NCBI RefSeq assembly: GCF_006345805.1
Contig: NC_043007.1
Span: 53,444,001 to 53,508,000 of the forward strand
Length of the DNA: 64,000 bases
DNA from: Octopus sinensis
Taxonomy: Eukaryota
Direction: 5' to 3'
Shown: positions 26,009-37,506 of the stretch, piece by piece
How the letters are laid out: each line of letters opens with the position of its first letter
How positions within the stretch are numbered: the first letter of the stretch is position 1
Translations under genes and position numbers: made by a program
The notes under the pieces: model-generated
The model's database searches: none
What the model was told of the DNA's origin: nothing
Seen by the model: only the letters and a program-made list of their open reading frames with translations

Positions 26009-27013
26009 CTAGCAGTATCGCCCGGCGTTGCTCGGGTTTGTAAGGGAAATAACTATATAAGCATTTTTAGTGAGTTATAGCAAAAAATGCATTAAAGATG
26101 GAATAAAAAATGATAGTAATTTCTTTTTTAAATCGTTGACTCATCGTAGACATTTTTACAGAGTTACTTCCCTTATATAATAGCGAAAAATGCATTAAAA
26201 TGGAATAAAAAAATGATGGTAATTTTTTTTTTAATCGTTGACTCATCGTAGACATTTTTAGAGAGTTACTTCCCTTATATAATAGCGAAAAATGCATTAA
26301 AATGGAATAAAAAATGATGGTAAATTTTTTTTTAAATCGTAGACTCTTCGTAGACGCGCGCTAATACCCAGAAGGGATCGATATGAATCACGACTATAAG
26401 ATACCCGGTTTTGGTTACACTGCACCGCAAAATGTGGGAGTAGTTAGGAATCTAAATCGTAGGAGACAGACACACAACCTTACTTTTATATATAAAGATT
26501 TGTGCAACAACTAAAACATTCGGTTGTGCAAATTGTTTGCACAGGAAACCTGCCCTGTGTGGCGGTTTTTGCCGTTTTTGTGGATCTGTTTCAGCTTTTT
26601 TAGCGATTTCTGTTTTGGCGACTTCAAGCCATGAAGTCGTTGTTCTAAAAGAACGCTGGTCTCCTTCACAACGCATTACGACGTTGATTTCCTTACACTC
26701 CTTTCCCCACAGCTTCACGAGGGAGAGAAGAAGGGGGAGAAGCAACACAGGTGCAGGCGTGAGCGTGGACGCCAACTCCGCCGCCATCGACACACGAAAA
26801 AATATGCATTAAAATGGAATAAAAAATGATGTTAAATTATTTTTAAAATCGTACACTCATCGTAGACGCGCGCTAATACCCAGACGGGCTCGATATGAAT
26901 CACGACTATAAGATACCCGAATTTGGTTAAACTGCACCGCAAAATTGGGAGTAGTTAGGAATCTAAATCGAAGGGGACAGACACTCACACAACTACAGTT
27001 TTATATATATAGA
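26009..27013 (-). mobile_element. Non-autonomous Helitron family 2, composite with two 5' ends
   Basis: 3' hairpin CCCGAGCAACGCCGGG + CTAG|T at 26009; A|TC 5' ends at 26498 and 27013; ~90-bp internal tandem repeat at 26085-26350. Confidence 0.85.
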
Positions 27014-27162
27014 TATATTTTCTATGTTATATTTTCTTTTTTTATGTTTTTGTTTTTTGTTTTTCACTGTTTGATTTGCCTATTAGTGGTTTTATCTCTA
27101 ATTTAATTTATACAGATATATATCTCATTTGTATACATTTGTATATATAATGCGTGCACACT

Positions 27163-27198
<36 letters not shown>

Positions 27199-28024
27199 CA
27201 CATATATATATGTGTGCATTACGTAGTCGGTCGATTCACCTGACAATATGCACACCTATGTTAAAGGTGCTGACAAGTTTGCATCACAACTATTTTGTTC
27301 CTCAAATGAAAGGCGTCACCTCTAGGACAAAATTCCTCATCTTATAAAATGTGGCCCCAGTACACCCGAATGAAATCGGGTTATATTAACCAAAATGTGA
27401 AAAGGGGTCTAAATGGGGCTGGAAGGGGATTAAAATTTCAAAGAGCGGGTGTTTAGGAATTCTCTGTTGCATCAAGCTAAAATATTTGCGCCAGCCTTTT
27501 AATCGTCAATGTGTTGCCGTCCATGATAAAGAAGTTTTGAATGCTTGCCATGGTGAGTCTACTGTCGTGAGAAAGAATCACTTAAAAAATTGGTGTTTAC
27601 GAATTTTCTTTTACATCAAGTTCAAAATTTTACGCCAGCCGTTAAACTGTCACTACGTTGCTGTCCGTCGTTAACAAATGCCAGCCATGGTGACTCTACT
27701 ATCCTTAGATTCTATCCCTTCAAACTTTGGTTTCCAATATTTTATTATTTTTATTCAGCTCGCAAGTTCGTCTGTCCCTTTTGAATGTTAGCGTTTTGCT
27801 GTCTGCCTTGAAGCAGACCTTTCCATTGCCACTGCCTCATATTTCTGATTGATCTTTCTAAATATTTTATTTCTCAACTTACTCAAGATCTTCTGTTGTT
27901 TATAAATGGGAGAGAGATAGATAAAGATAGAGAGTAAGAGAAAGCGAGGGAGAGTCAGAGAGAAAAGAAAAGTAAGAGAGTGGGAAAGTGAGAGAGAAAG
28001 GAGAGAGAAACAAATACGGAGAAT

Positions 28025-28331
28025 CATCATCATCATCATCGTTTAACGTCCGTTTTCCGTGCTGGCACGGGTTGGGCAGTGTGACCGGGGTCTCGGAAGC
28101 CAGGAGGCTGCACCAGGCTCCAGTCTGATCTGGCAGTGTTTCTACAGGTGGATGACCTTCCTAACGCCAACCACACTGTGAGTGTAGTGAGTGCTTTTTT
28201 CGTGCCGCCGGCACTGGTGCCAGGGGGGCTCGCAGTGGCAACGATCGGTTGGTGCTTTTTACGTGCCACCAGCACAGAAGCAAGTCAAGGCGGTGCTGCA
28301 ATCGGCCACGTTTGGATGGTGCTTTTTACGT
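28025..28331 (-). mobile_element. RTE LINE 3' tail fragment inserted in Helitron C
   Basis: (CAT)n + CGTTTAACGTCCG...; matches the 3' UTR of the 1-3420 family. Confidence 0.85.
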
Positions 28332-28419
28332 GCTGAAAGGAAGCAACAGAAAGTAACACCCACACTCTTACCCGCGCGTAGAGCAGGTCACCTTCAGCTA
28401 GTATATATATATATATATT

Positions 28420-29768
28420 AACCATGCATCTTGCATGAGGCGGAGTTTAGCCTGGACTGTGCTGCGAATGTTGTTGAAAGCGGCCTTCTTTGCCGTGCAG
28501 GTGGTGTCATTTTGGTGAGCCCGCAGCAGACGGCGTTTCTCTTCCAGGAGCTTTTGGATTTCCTGGTCGTTTTCGTCGAACCAGTCCTGGTGGTTCCTCG
28601 TAATTTGGCCCAGAGTTTCAAGGGCGATGGAATGAACCGTGTCCCTGAATGATTCCCACTGCTCATCGATGCTGGACTGGTCACTCCGAATGTCCAACAG
28701 CTTACTGTCCATACGTGACTGGAGATCTTGTGCAGTCAGCTGGTTCCTTAATTTCGTGATGTTAAGCTTCCTCGTCACTTTCTGACCCTGTGGTCTTCTC
28801 TTAGGTCGGATGTAGAAATCCATCCTGGAGATGATGAGGCGATGGTCCGTCCAGCAGTCAGCTCCGCACATGGCTTTGACCAGTCTCACGTCCCGCCTGT
28901 CTTTCGCCCTGACGATGACGTAATCTATCAGATGCCAGTGTTTGGAGCGTGGATGTATCCATGATGTCTTGTTGCGTGTTGGCAGACGGAACAAGGTGTT
29001 GGCGATGGTAAGATCATGAGAGGCACACGCACGCAGGAGGAGCTGTCCGTTGCTGTTGCACTTTCCGATTCCTTGCTTTCCCAGTACGCGATGCCAGGCT
29101 TGGTGGTCAGTCCCGACACGGGCGTTAAAATCCCCAAGGAGGATGAGCTTCCCAGGCTGGGCTGACGTGATGAGGGAGTCGAGTTCCTCATAGAACCTGT
29201 CCTTAACTTCTTCAGGGTTGGTCATGGTGGGGGCGTAAGCACTGATGATGGTCGCACTAGTCTTGTTTCCAAGTGGGAGCTGCATCTTCATCAGCCGATC
29301 GTTGATACCCTCGGGGGGGCTTTCCAGTTTCCGCACATGTACTGACTTAATGGCAAAACCAACACCAGCCTCACGACGCTCTTCGCTGCTGCGACCACTC
29401 CAAAAGAAAGTGTAGCCGCCGCCTGTCTCTGTCAGCTGGCCTTTGTCCGCAAGGCGGGTCTCGCTCAGTGCTGCAATATCGACACTGTATCGGCTCAGTT
29501 CTCTGGCCACCAGGGCAGTTCGTCTCTCTGGTCTGTCCGCTTTGGTGTTGTCAAGCAGAGTTCTCACGTTCCAAGTTGCGAAAGTGAGCACCTTTGTTTG
29601 TTTTCTTCTTTCTTTGTTTCGACCGCTTGGAAAGGATCCCCGCCAGCCGCGGTTTGCTGACCAGGGTGAGGTGAGGTGAGGCAGGCTATGTTTAGGGCAA
29701 CCTTTTCTAGCCCCGTCCTCATGCTGGGGAGGCGAGCAGAGCGATCCTGAAGAGGGCTGCTCGGTCAC
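28420..29768 (-). CDS. RTE ORF, N-terminal half: APE endonuclease (uninterrupted)
   Basis: WNVRTL, IAALSETR, GVGF, SAYAPT, LGDFNARVG, IDYV, WTDHRL; ends ...LRLMQDAW at the (TA)n tract. Confidence 0.9.
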
Positions 29769-30325
29769 TCAGGAGGCTGCCGGACTCCACTGCTGCCTCA
29801 GTTCAGTGAGGGGCGACCACATGTCCTGAGCCGCCTGTGTGTGGGTTCACGACTGCAGCTCCCAGTGTATCCTCACCTGCTACTTCGCCGTTTCCCCATC
29901 GCCACAGGACTTTGGGATGGTGTCATGGCGTCATGATGTCGTGACATGCGCGTGACTTGGATTATAGTGAGGGTGACTTGCGCAGGATCAGCCTCACTCT
30001 CTCGTCCTGGTGCGCCGGATCCAGTGGCAAGACAAAGTCAAGACGACTGGGGGTAGACCAAGATGCAGGAGCTGCCGAAGGTGGCACGCATGGCGCAATC
30101 CAACCACCTTAGGGGCTCCACTCCGGATTTTGGATGGCCATTGACTCATGAGAGAGTTCCTCTGCCCTTTGACAGGTTTTGTTTTTAGTCCTGCTGGGTG
30201 TCCAAATCACCCTCCTCACCAAGAAATCTTGGTGGGGTTGCCAGTTTAGTCGCCAACGACCCGACCATGTAACAGGTTGTACTGGGTTACATGTTACCAG
30301 TAGCTCCAAGCGGAGACCTGACATA

Positions 30326-32346
30326 CGGATGAGATTCAGGGATACGCAGACAAACACGACACCAAGAAATTCTACGAGGCGCTGAAAGCTGTCTATGGAC
30401 CGCAGTTCTCCTTTGGATCAACCCCCCTGCTCAGCTCAGATGGAACCTCACTCCTGACTAACAAGAGGCTGATCCTGGAGAGATGGGCGGAGCACTTCAA
30501 CATCGTGCTCAACCGACCAGCCCAGATCAACGAGGAAGCCATCGCACGACTCCCCCAGGTGCCGACAAACCACAAGTTGGCTGTTCCCCCTGCAGTCGGG
30601 GAAGTGAGCAGAGCCATCAAAAAAATGTCCACCGGCAAAGCTCCAGGCTCTGACGCCATCCCTGCAGAGGTGTTCAAGTCGGGAGGCCCCACCATGATCA
30701 GTCAGCTCACCAGCCTGTTCCAGTCGATGTGGGACAGGGAACAACTCCCTCAAGATTTCCGGGATGCAACAATCGTCCACATTTATAAGCGGAAAGGAGA
30801 TCGGCAGTCCTGCGACAACCACCGAGGTATTTCCCTCTTGTCCATAGCAGGCAAGATCCTGGCCCGGGTCCTGCTTGACCGCCTTCTGGAACACTTGGAG
30901 CAAGGCCTTCTCCCTGAGAGCCAGTGTGGCTTCCATGCGGGTCGAGGGACCACTGACATGATATTCGCCGCCCGCCAGCTCCAGGAGAAATGCATGGAGC
31001 AGCACCTTGACCTCTGCATGACCTTTGTTGACCTCACCAAGGCCTTTGATACAGTCAGTCGGGAGGGACTATGGAAGGTCATGGGAAAATTTGGTTGCCC
31101 CAGCAAATTTATTGCAATTGTCCGCCAGTTCCACGACGGAATGACAGCCAGAATCCTTGAGGACGGCGACTCATCTGAAGCCTTCCAGGTGACCAACGGA
31201 GTCAGGCAGGGCTGTGTCCTGGCCCCAACACTGTTCAGCATCATGTTCTCGGCAATGATGTCCGACGCCTTTAGGGACTGCAAGTCCGGTATCAACATCA
31301 AGTACAGGACAGACGGGAAACTTTTCAACTCCAGGAGATTGCAGGCTGTCACAAAGGTGAGGGAGACAGTCGTCAGAGACTTTCTCTTTGCTGACGACTG
31401 CGCCCTTAATGCAATCGATGAGCAGGAGATGCAGCTCGAGATGGACAGGTTCTCATCAGCCTGTGACAACTTCGGTCTCACCATCAGTGCAAAGAAAACC
31501 GAAGTGATGTTTCAGCCAGCCCCCGGCAAACAATACCATGAGCCTCAGATAAGGGTGAACGGACGGATCTTACGAGTGGTGGAAAACTTCACCTACCTGG
31601 GCAGCACTCTCTCCTGCAATGCCAACATAGATGCTGAAACCATCAACAGAATCTCCAAGGCAAGCAGCGCGTTTGGGAGACTGCGAAAGAAAGTCTGGGA
31701 GCGGAGAGGAATCAGCCTCAACACCAAGCTGAAAGTCTACCGGGCAGTCGTGCTTACCACTCTACTATACGGCTGCGAGACGTGGACTGCTTACCGAAGG
31801 CACGAGCGCCAGATAAACCACTTCCATCTCAGGTGTCTTCGGAATCTCCTTCACATCCGCTGGCAGGACAAAGTCCCAGACACGGAAGTTCTGAAGCAGG
31901 CAGATCTCCCTAGCACCATCACAATCATGCGCAAGGCCCAGCTGAGATGGGCGGGCCACGTCTCCCGCATGTCCGACACTCGCATCCCAAAACAGCTCTT
32001 CTACGGTGAACTCGGCCAGGGCAGGCGCAAAGTCGGAGGGCAGAAAAAGCGCTACAAGGATAGTCTCAAGGTCTCTCTCAAAGACTTCTCCATCGGAACA
32101 GAGACCTGGGAGACACTTGCTGCCAACCGCTCATCCTGGCACAGCGCAATCACCGTGGGAGCAGGGACAGCCGAGGAGGGACGGATTCGGTCAGCAGAGC
32201 AGAAACGTCAGATGCGTAAAGTCAGAGCCGCCTGCACCAGTAGCACTGCCCCTACCCACTTCTGCCCCACCTGTGGGAGGGGCTTCCTTGCCCGGATTGG
32301 CCTCACCAGCCACCTCTGGTCTCATGGCGGCAGTTCCATCAGATGA
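30326..32346 (+). CDS. RTE ORF, C-terminal half: reverse transcriptase + C-terminal finger (uninterrupted)
   Basis: Frame open from DEIQGYADKH (~30328) through KAPGSD, QCGF, FVDLTKAFD, QGCVLAPTLF, LFADD, FTYLG, LRWAGH to CPTC...H..H, stop at 32344-32346. Confidence 0.93.
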
Positions 32347-32386
32347 TGTCAGTTGGTCATCTTCGAACCGAAGGACGAACATTATT

Positions 32387-32430
<44 letters not shown>

Positions 32431-32440
32431 TGATACGTTT

Positions 32441-32507
<67 letters not shown>

Positions 32508-32514
32508 ATATATA

Positions 32515-32720
32515 TCATCATCGTCGTTGTTTAATGTCCGTTTTCAATGTTGGCATGGGTTGAACGGTTTGAGTGAGTTCTGGAGAGCCAGCGGCTGCAC
32601 CAGGCTTCAATCTGATCTTGCAATGTTTCTACAGCTGGATACTCTTCCTAACACCAACCATTTCGAGAGTGCATCATCATCATCATCGTTTAACGTCCGC
32701 TTTCCATGCTAGCATGGGTT
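32515..32720 (-). mobile_element. Two stacked RTE 3' tail fragments
   Basis: CATCATC-GTTTAA(C/T)GTCCG tail motif occurs twice. Confidence 0.7.
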
Positions 32721-34690
32721 GGAAGATGCTGAGATGCTTGAATGGAGGTGTGTTGATGTATGTTGCATCCAAGAGGTAAGGTGGAGAGGAGCTTCAGTCG
32801 GATTCCTCACAGGCAAGACGCATAGGTATAAAAACTTCTGGGAAGTTTACAGCAATGGGGTAGTTGGTGTGGGAATACTTCTTGCAGAGTAATGGGTGGA
32901 TAAGGTCATAGAAGTAGCTCAGGCTAGTCTTGCAGAATAGTATAGCAAAAATTATCTTTGTCTATGCCCTACATGTGGGTCTACCAAATGAACAGAAGGA
33001 CCAATTTTATGATATTCTTCTGCTGGCTACCTCAAAGACGACTGAGAATGATCTCATCTTCATGGTTGAGGATTTCAATGGGCATGTCTGTCAGACAGCA
33101 GCCTGGTATCTTTCATGGTGTACATGGAGGTCATGGAATTGGTTCTCGAAGCAAAGGGAGAATAAGGCGACTGGAGTTCTGTGGCACAAATAACCTATTG
33201 ATCTGCAACACCAACTTCAGGAAACCAGCCAACCTTATAACCTACCAATCAGGTGACTGTGCTAGCCAAATCGATTACATTCTCCCCAGAGAGTATGGTT
33301 GCTCTTAAGCACAAAGATCCTCACTGGTGAAAAATGTACTCTGCCTCCCAGCATAGACTAGTCATTAGTGACTTCAGACTTCAAGGCCAGAAGGATGCCA
33401 AGAAGCAGACCAATCTGGAAAAGAAGAATTTGGATGCTCAAGGAACCTTCATATAGTCAGAGATATAGAGACATTTGATGAGAGAGAAGAGGAGCTACAG
33501 ACTTGTGACATAGATGACAACTGGGAATTCCTGTGAGACAGCTTGCTGACTGCCACAGACCAAATCTGTGACTGGTGCAAAGTCCCATCCAGACCTAGGG
33601 TAACATGGTAATAGAATGATGCTGTAGACAGGGCCATTAGAGCAAATAAACAGGTCTGGAAGAATGGGAATAGCAGGTAACGGTATCAAGTAGCTAGAAG
33701 GGAAGCTAGGGGACAGGTATATCTAGCTAAGGGAGAAGCAGAAAAGAAGAAGTTTGCCTATGTTCAGCGACATGGAGACCAAAGAACTGAAGTGTTTCAG
33801 ATTGCAAGACAGTGTATGAGAGAAAATTGTGATGTCATATGAGAGAAATGTGTCCACATAAATTATCGTGCACTTGCATTTAATGATTCTACAAAGAAAG
33901 AGGCTTAGAAATACCATTATGAAAGACTGCTGAATGTGGAGAATGAATGGGAGTAGGAGAGTCTGCCAAATGTTGATGCAACTGAGGGACCAGCTATCTG
34001 AATCAACAGTACCTTGGTAGATAAAGAAATTACTTATATGAAGACAGGGAAAGCCCCCAGCCCTTCAAGAATCACCACTGAGATGCTTAAAATATTTGGC
34101 GGTGTCACCCATATTGTAAATCAGATGGCTCATGAAGGAATCATACCCAATGACTGGTGTAGCTGCACCATAGTCAACTGCTACAAAAGTAAAGGTGATG
34201 CCTTAGATAGAAGTAATTACATAGGTATCGAGTTATTGGATCAGGTGATAGGGTCATAGCCCAACTAATTAAGGAGAGAGTTAATTTAGATAAGATGCAA
34301 TTTGGTTTTGTGCCAGGCACCACTAATGCTATCTTTCTGGTAAGGTAGCTGCAGGAGAAATACAAAGCCAAAGATAAACCTCTCTACTAGGCTTTTGTTG
34401 GCTTGGAGAAAGCCTTTGACAGGGTCCCTTGATCCCTTATCTGGTGGTCAATGTGGAAATAAGGGATAGATGAGAGCTGTACAAGCCATGTACAAGGATG
34501 CTACCAGTAAGATCAGGGTTAGCAAAGAGTTCAGGGTACAAGTAGAGGTTCACCAAGGATCAGTCCTTAGCCCCCTCTTATTCATCATAGCCCTTCAGGC
34601 AATACCAGAGAGGAATTTAAGACAGACTACCCCTGAGAGCTCCTCCATGCTGATGACCTTGTTCTTATAGCTGAATCACTGTGCAGGTTG
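32720..34690 (+). mobile_element. RTE LINE (PHD-type family), decayed middle portion
   Basis: Collinear with 975-2070: endonuclease remnants, KAPSPS, GFVPG, EKAFDRVP, HQGSVLSPLLF, ADD; cut off at the Gypsy boundary. Confidence 0.85.
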
Positions 34691-36381
34691 ATGTGTAGGT
34701 GGTTGTAAAGGATTGAAAGTGGGCGTGGCTGGAGTGTCATCAAAGGATGTGGAAACTTCAAAATATGTCTTTTTAAGTCTGTCGACTGACACAGTCTCTG
34801 CCTGACCATTGATGTCATGACTAAAAGTTTTGGATGTGCGCAATAGCACACGAAACAGTCCTTTATAGGGAGAAACGAGCAGTTCTCTGACAGAATCATC
34901 TCAAACAAAACATGAGTCCACTTGTCAATGTCTTGTGGGATGTGAGAGGAAATAGACTGGTCACACGGATACATTGGTGAAAGACTCAAGAAATACAAGT
35001 GAAGTCAGGTGACATATGATGTTGGATCTGAATGCGATGAATTGTCTGGTGCCAACATTGTACCAGGAAGTGCCAAAGTGATACTGTAAAGGAGTTCAGC
35101 AGAGTAGAAACTTAAGACTATCTTAATGGTAGTGCGACAACCAAGAAAAGCGATAGGCAGGAATTCTGTCCAAGACTGTGGATCAGGAGTGGCGCATAGA
35201 GCAGCCTTCAGTTGCTTGTGAAAATGTTCAACCATCCCGTTGGAAGCTGGATGGTAACTGTTCATACAAATGTGATGAACACCTAGGATTCTTGATAATT
35301 CACGAAATAAGGAAGCTTCGAACTGGCGTCCACGATCAGCGGTTATCTTAACTGGAACACTAAAACAAGCAATCCAATTAGAAACGAAAGCTTGAGCAAT
35401 TGGCTCAGCAGAAATGTCCACAATTGGAATGGCTTCAGGCCAACAAGAGAAACAATCGACGTATGTCAATACGTAAGAGAAATTGCGACTGACAGGCCAT
35501 GGTCCAACCAGATCAATGTGGACATGGCAAAAGCGAGTCTCCAGCAGAGAAAACTGTCCAAAAGGAGCGCGAATGTGTGTGTGGATTTTAAAATGCTGGC
35601 ATTCTGAAACACTTGAGCATGCTCAAGCGGTGGTCATCTGGTGCATATTAGGCCAGAAAAACCAAGCCATAATAAGCTTCACTGAGGTAGCGATGCCAAG
35701 ATGTGACAGCGAATGCAAGGTATCAAAAACGGAACGCTGGTGGTTCACAGGTACAAACGGCGTGGGAGAACCAGTAGCTGTGTCACAAAGGATTGTACCT
35801 GCAGCAGACAGAAGTGGAAGATAGGCAAACTTGCAACTGGACAACTTGGTAGAAGTTAGTTCCAATGTGTCCAGAGCTGGCTGATCCTGCGCAATGGCAG
35901 TGAAATCGATTGCAGCCGGAGATGAAAGGGAATACACAGGGAGACAAAAGAGTGCACCAGCAGGTACATTGTCTGTTCCAGGTATATGCTGAATGTCACA
36001 CGTGAACTGGGAAATGTAGTCCAGGTGACAAAAAGCAAGAGTGTCTGTCTGATTTAGATGACAGAGCAAACATAAGAGGCTTGTGATCAGTATAAATCAC
36101 AAAATCTCGACCCTCAAGTTCATGTTGAAAATGACGAGCCGACAGGTAGATTGCTAAGATTTCATGATCAAATGTACTGTAGCAATATTCAGCTGGCTTT
36201 AATTGACAAGAAAAGAGTGCCAAAGGTTAAGTTTGATTATCGACGGTATATTGTAAAATGGCACCAGCCTCAGAATCCGATGCATCAACTGTTTAAGAGA
36301 GACAAGCATCAGGAACAGAAGCTATTTCCTTCTTACATTATTTACACTTGACGGATATTTGCCCTCATCTTGTTTGTTGTT

Positions 36382-36424
36382 AACACATTTCGGCTGATAT
36401 ACCCTCCAGCCTTCATCAGGTGTC
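36382..36424 (-). ncRNA. Minimal type I hammerhead ribozyme relic in PLE pseudo-LTR
   Basis: GACAC-CUGAUGA-A-GGCUG(loop)CAGCC-GAAA-U-GUGUU. The cleavage triplet is missing here but present in the sister copy (GAAA-UGUU-GUGUU, 37592-37604). Confidence 0.7.
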
Positions 36425-37433
36425 TTGGGGAAATTTTGAACCTGGGTTCTCATTCCTAAGGAATTTTTTGATGCTGTTGTTGTTGTTGCTATTGTTACTG
36501 TTGCTGCTGTTGTTTTTGTTGTTCAGGTCAGAATCTTGGGGTTAGTAGCCTGCGCTCTTAACCACTATGCCATATGCCTGTGGGCAATTATGGAATGAAT
36601 TTTAGGGTTTATAAATCTAATATTCTCCTATCCTTTCTTAATACCGGTTCCCATATGCTATTCATATCTGCACTCGGTCTGCTTAGGAGGTTATTATGTC
36701 CTAGCATATGTGCTGCTTCTTTTAGTTTTTGTATTTTCCAGTGGTGTTCTCTGTCTATTATTTTAACTTCATCCCATAGGGGGAGGTGGTCTCCATTTTT
36801 CCATGCATAATCAGCTATACTTGATTTATCAATATCCCCTCGTGTCACAGCTTTGCGATGTTCCTCTGCCCTTATTTTGAGGGGGCAGCATGTTTTGCCT
36901 TTGTATGACCTACCACAGCTGCATAGGATGGAGTACACGCAGTTTTTGGTCATATTCTCTTCCATTGGTAGGTTTACTCAAAGGAGATATTTGCAAAGTG
37001 TTGTATTAATCTTGAATACTGTCCTGATTATCATATGGGCCACATATCTTTTGTATCTTTATGGAGAGGCCTTTCACATAGGGTAGACAGACTGTGGACA
37101 GTTAATTGATTTCATCCTCTCTTTTCTTCATAATTGGAGTAGATAGTATGTTTTTGGGGTAGTTGTTGCTTAATAGATTGTTACTGAGCTTGAACATTTC
37201 TTCATGGTGGGTATCACAATTGCTACTTATATTCTTTGCTTGATGTTTTAGGCACTGAGCAATCCCTCTCTTTACTCTGTATGGATGGTGGGAATTGAAG
37301 TTGAGGTATCATCCAGTGAAGGTCGGCTTGCAGTATACTGATGTCCGCACTTTGTGCATGTTATTAAAACATCCAGGCAGGATAGGAGAATATTAGATTT
37401 ATAAGCCCTAAAATTCACTCCATAATTGCCCAT

Positions 37434-37506
37434 GGGCATATGGCGTAGTGGTTAAGAGTGTGAGCTACTAACCCCAAGATTCTGAGTTTGATCCCAGGCA
37501 GTGACC
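37434..37506 (+). ncRNA. tRNA-like (pol III promoter) segment within PLE pseudo-LTR; not a functional tRNA
   Basis: A box TGGCGTAGTGG (37441-37451), GCTACTAACCCC anticodon-arm-like segment, degenerate B box GAGTTTGATCC (37484-37494). No good acceptor stem. Confidence 0.65.

Larger units (their letters stand above)
25221..28401 (+). mobile_element. Non-autonomous Helitron family 1, copy C (complete, with nested inserts)
   Basis: A|TCTCTATATATAAAACTGAAATG at 25221; hairpin ACCCGCGCGTAGAGCAGGT then CTAG|T at 28398-28402. Interrupted at 26009-27013 and 28025-28331. Confidence 0.82.
28420..32390 (+). mobile_element. Young, GC-rich RTE-BovB-like LINE, essentially full length, with inverted 5' half
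   Basis: 5' UTR plus endonuclease on the minus strand (30325 to 28420) joined to RT plus 3' end on the plus strand (30326-32390); (TA)n on both flanks. Confidence 0.93.

Noticed and set aside
30393-31484. Alternative-frame and antisense ORFs over the GC-rich RTE
   Set aside because: Shadow ORFs expected from high GC content opposite a real coding frame.
37434-37506. Bona fide tRNA gene
   Set aside because: Degenerate B box and T arm, no proper acceptor stem, and embedded in a repeat; treated as tRNA-derived.
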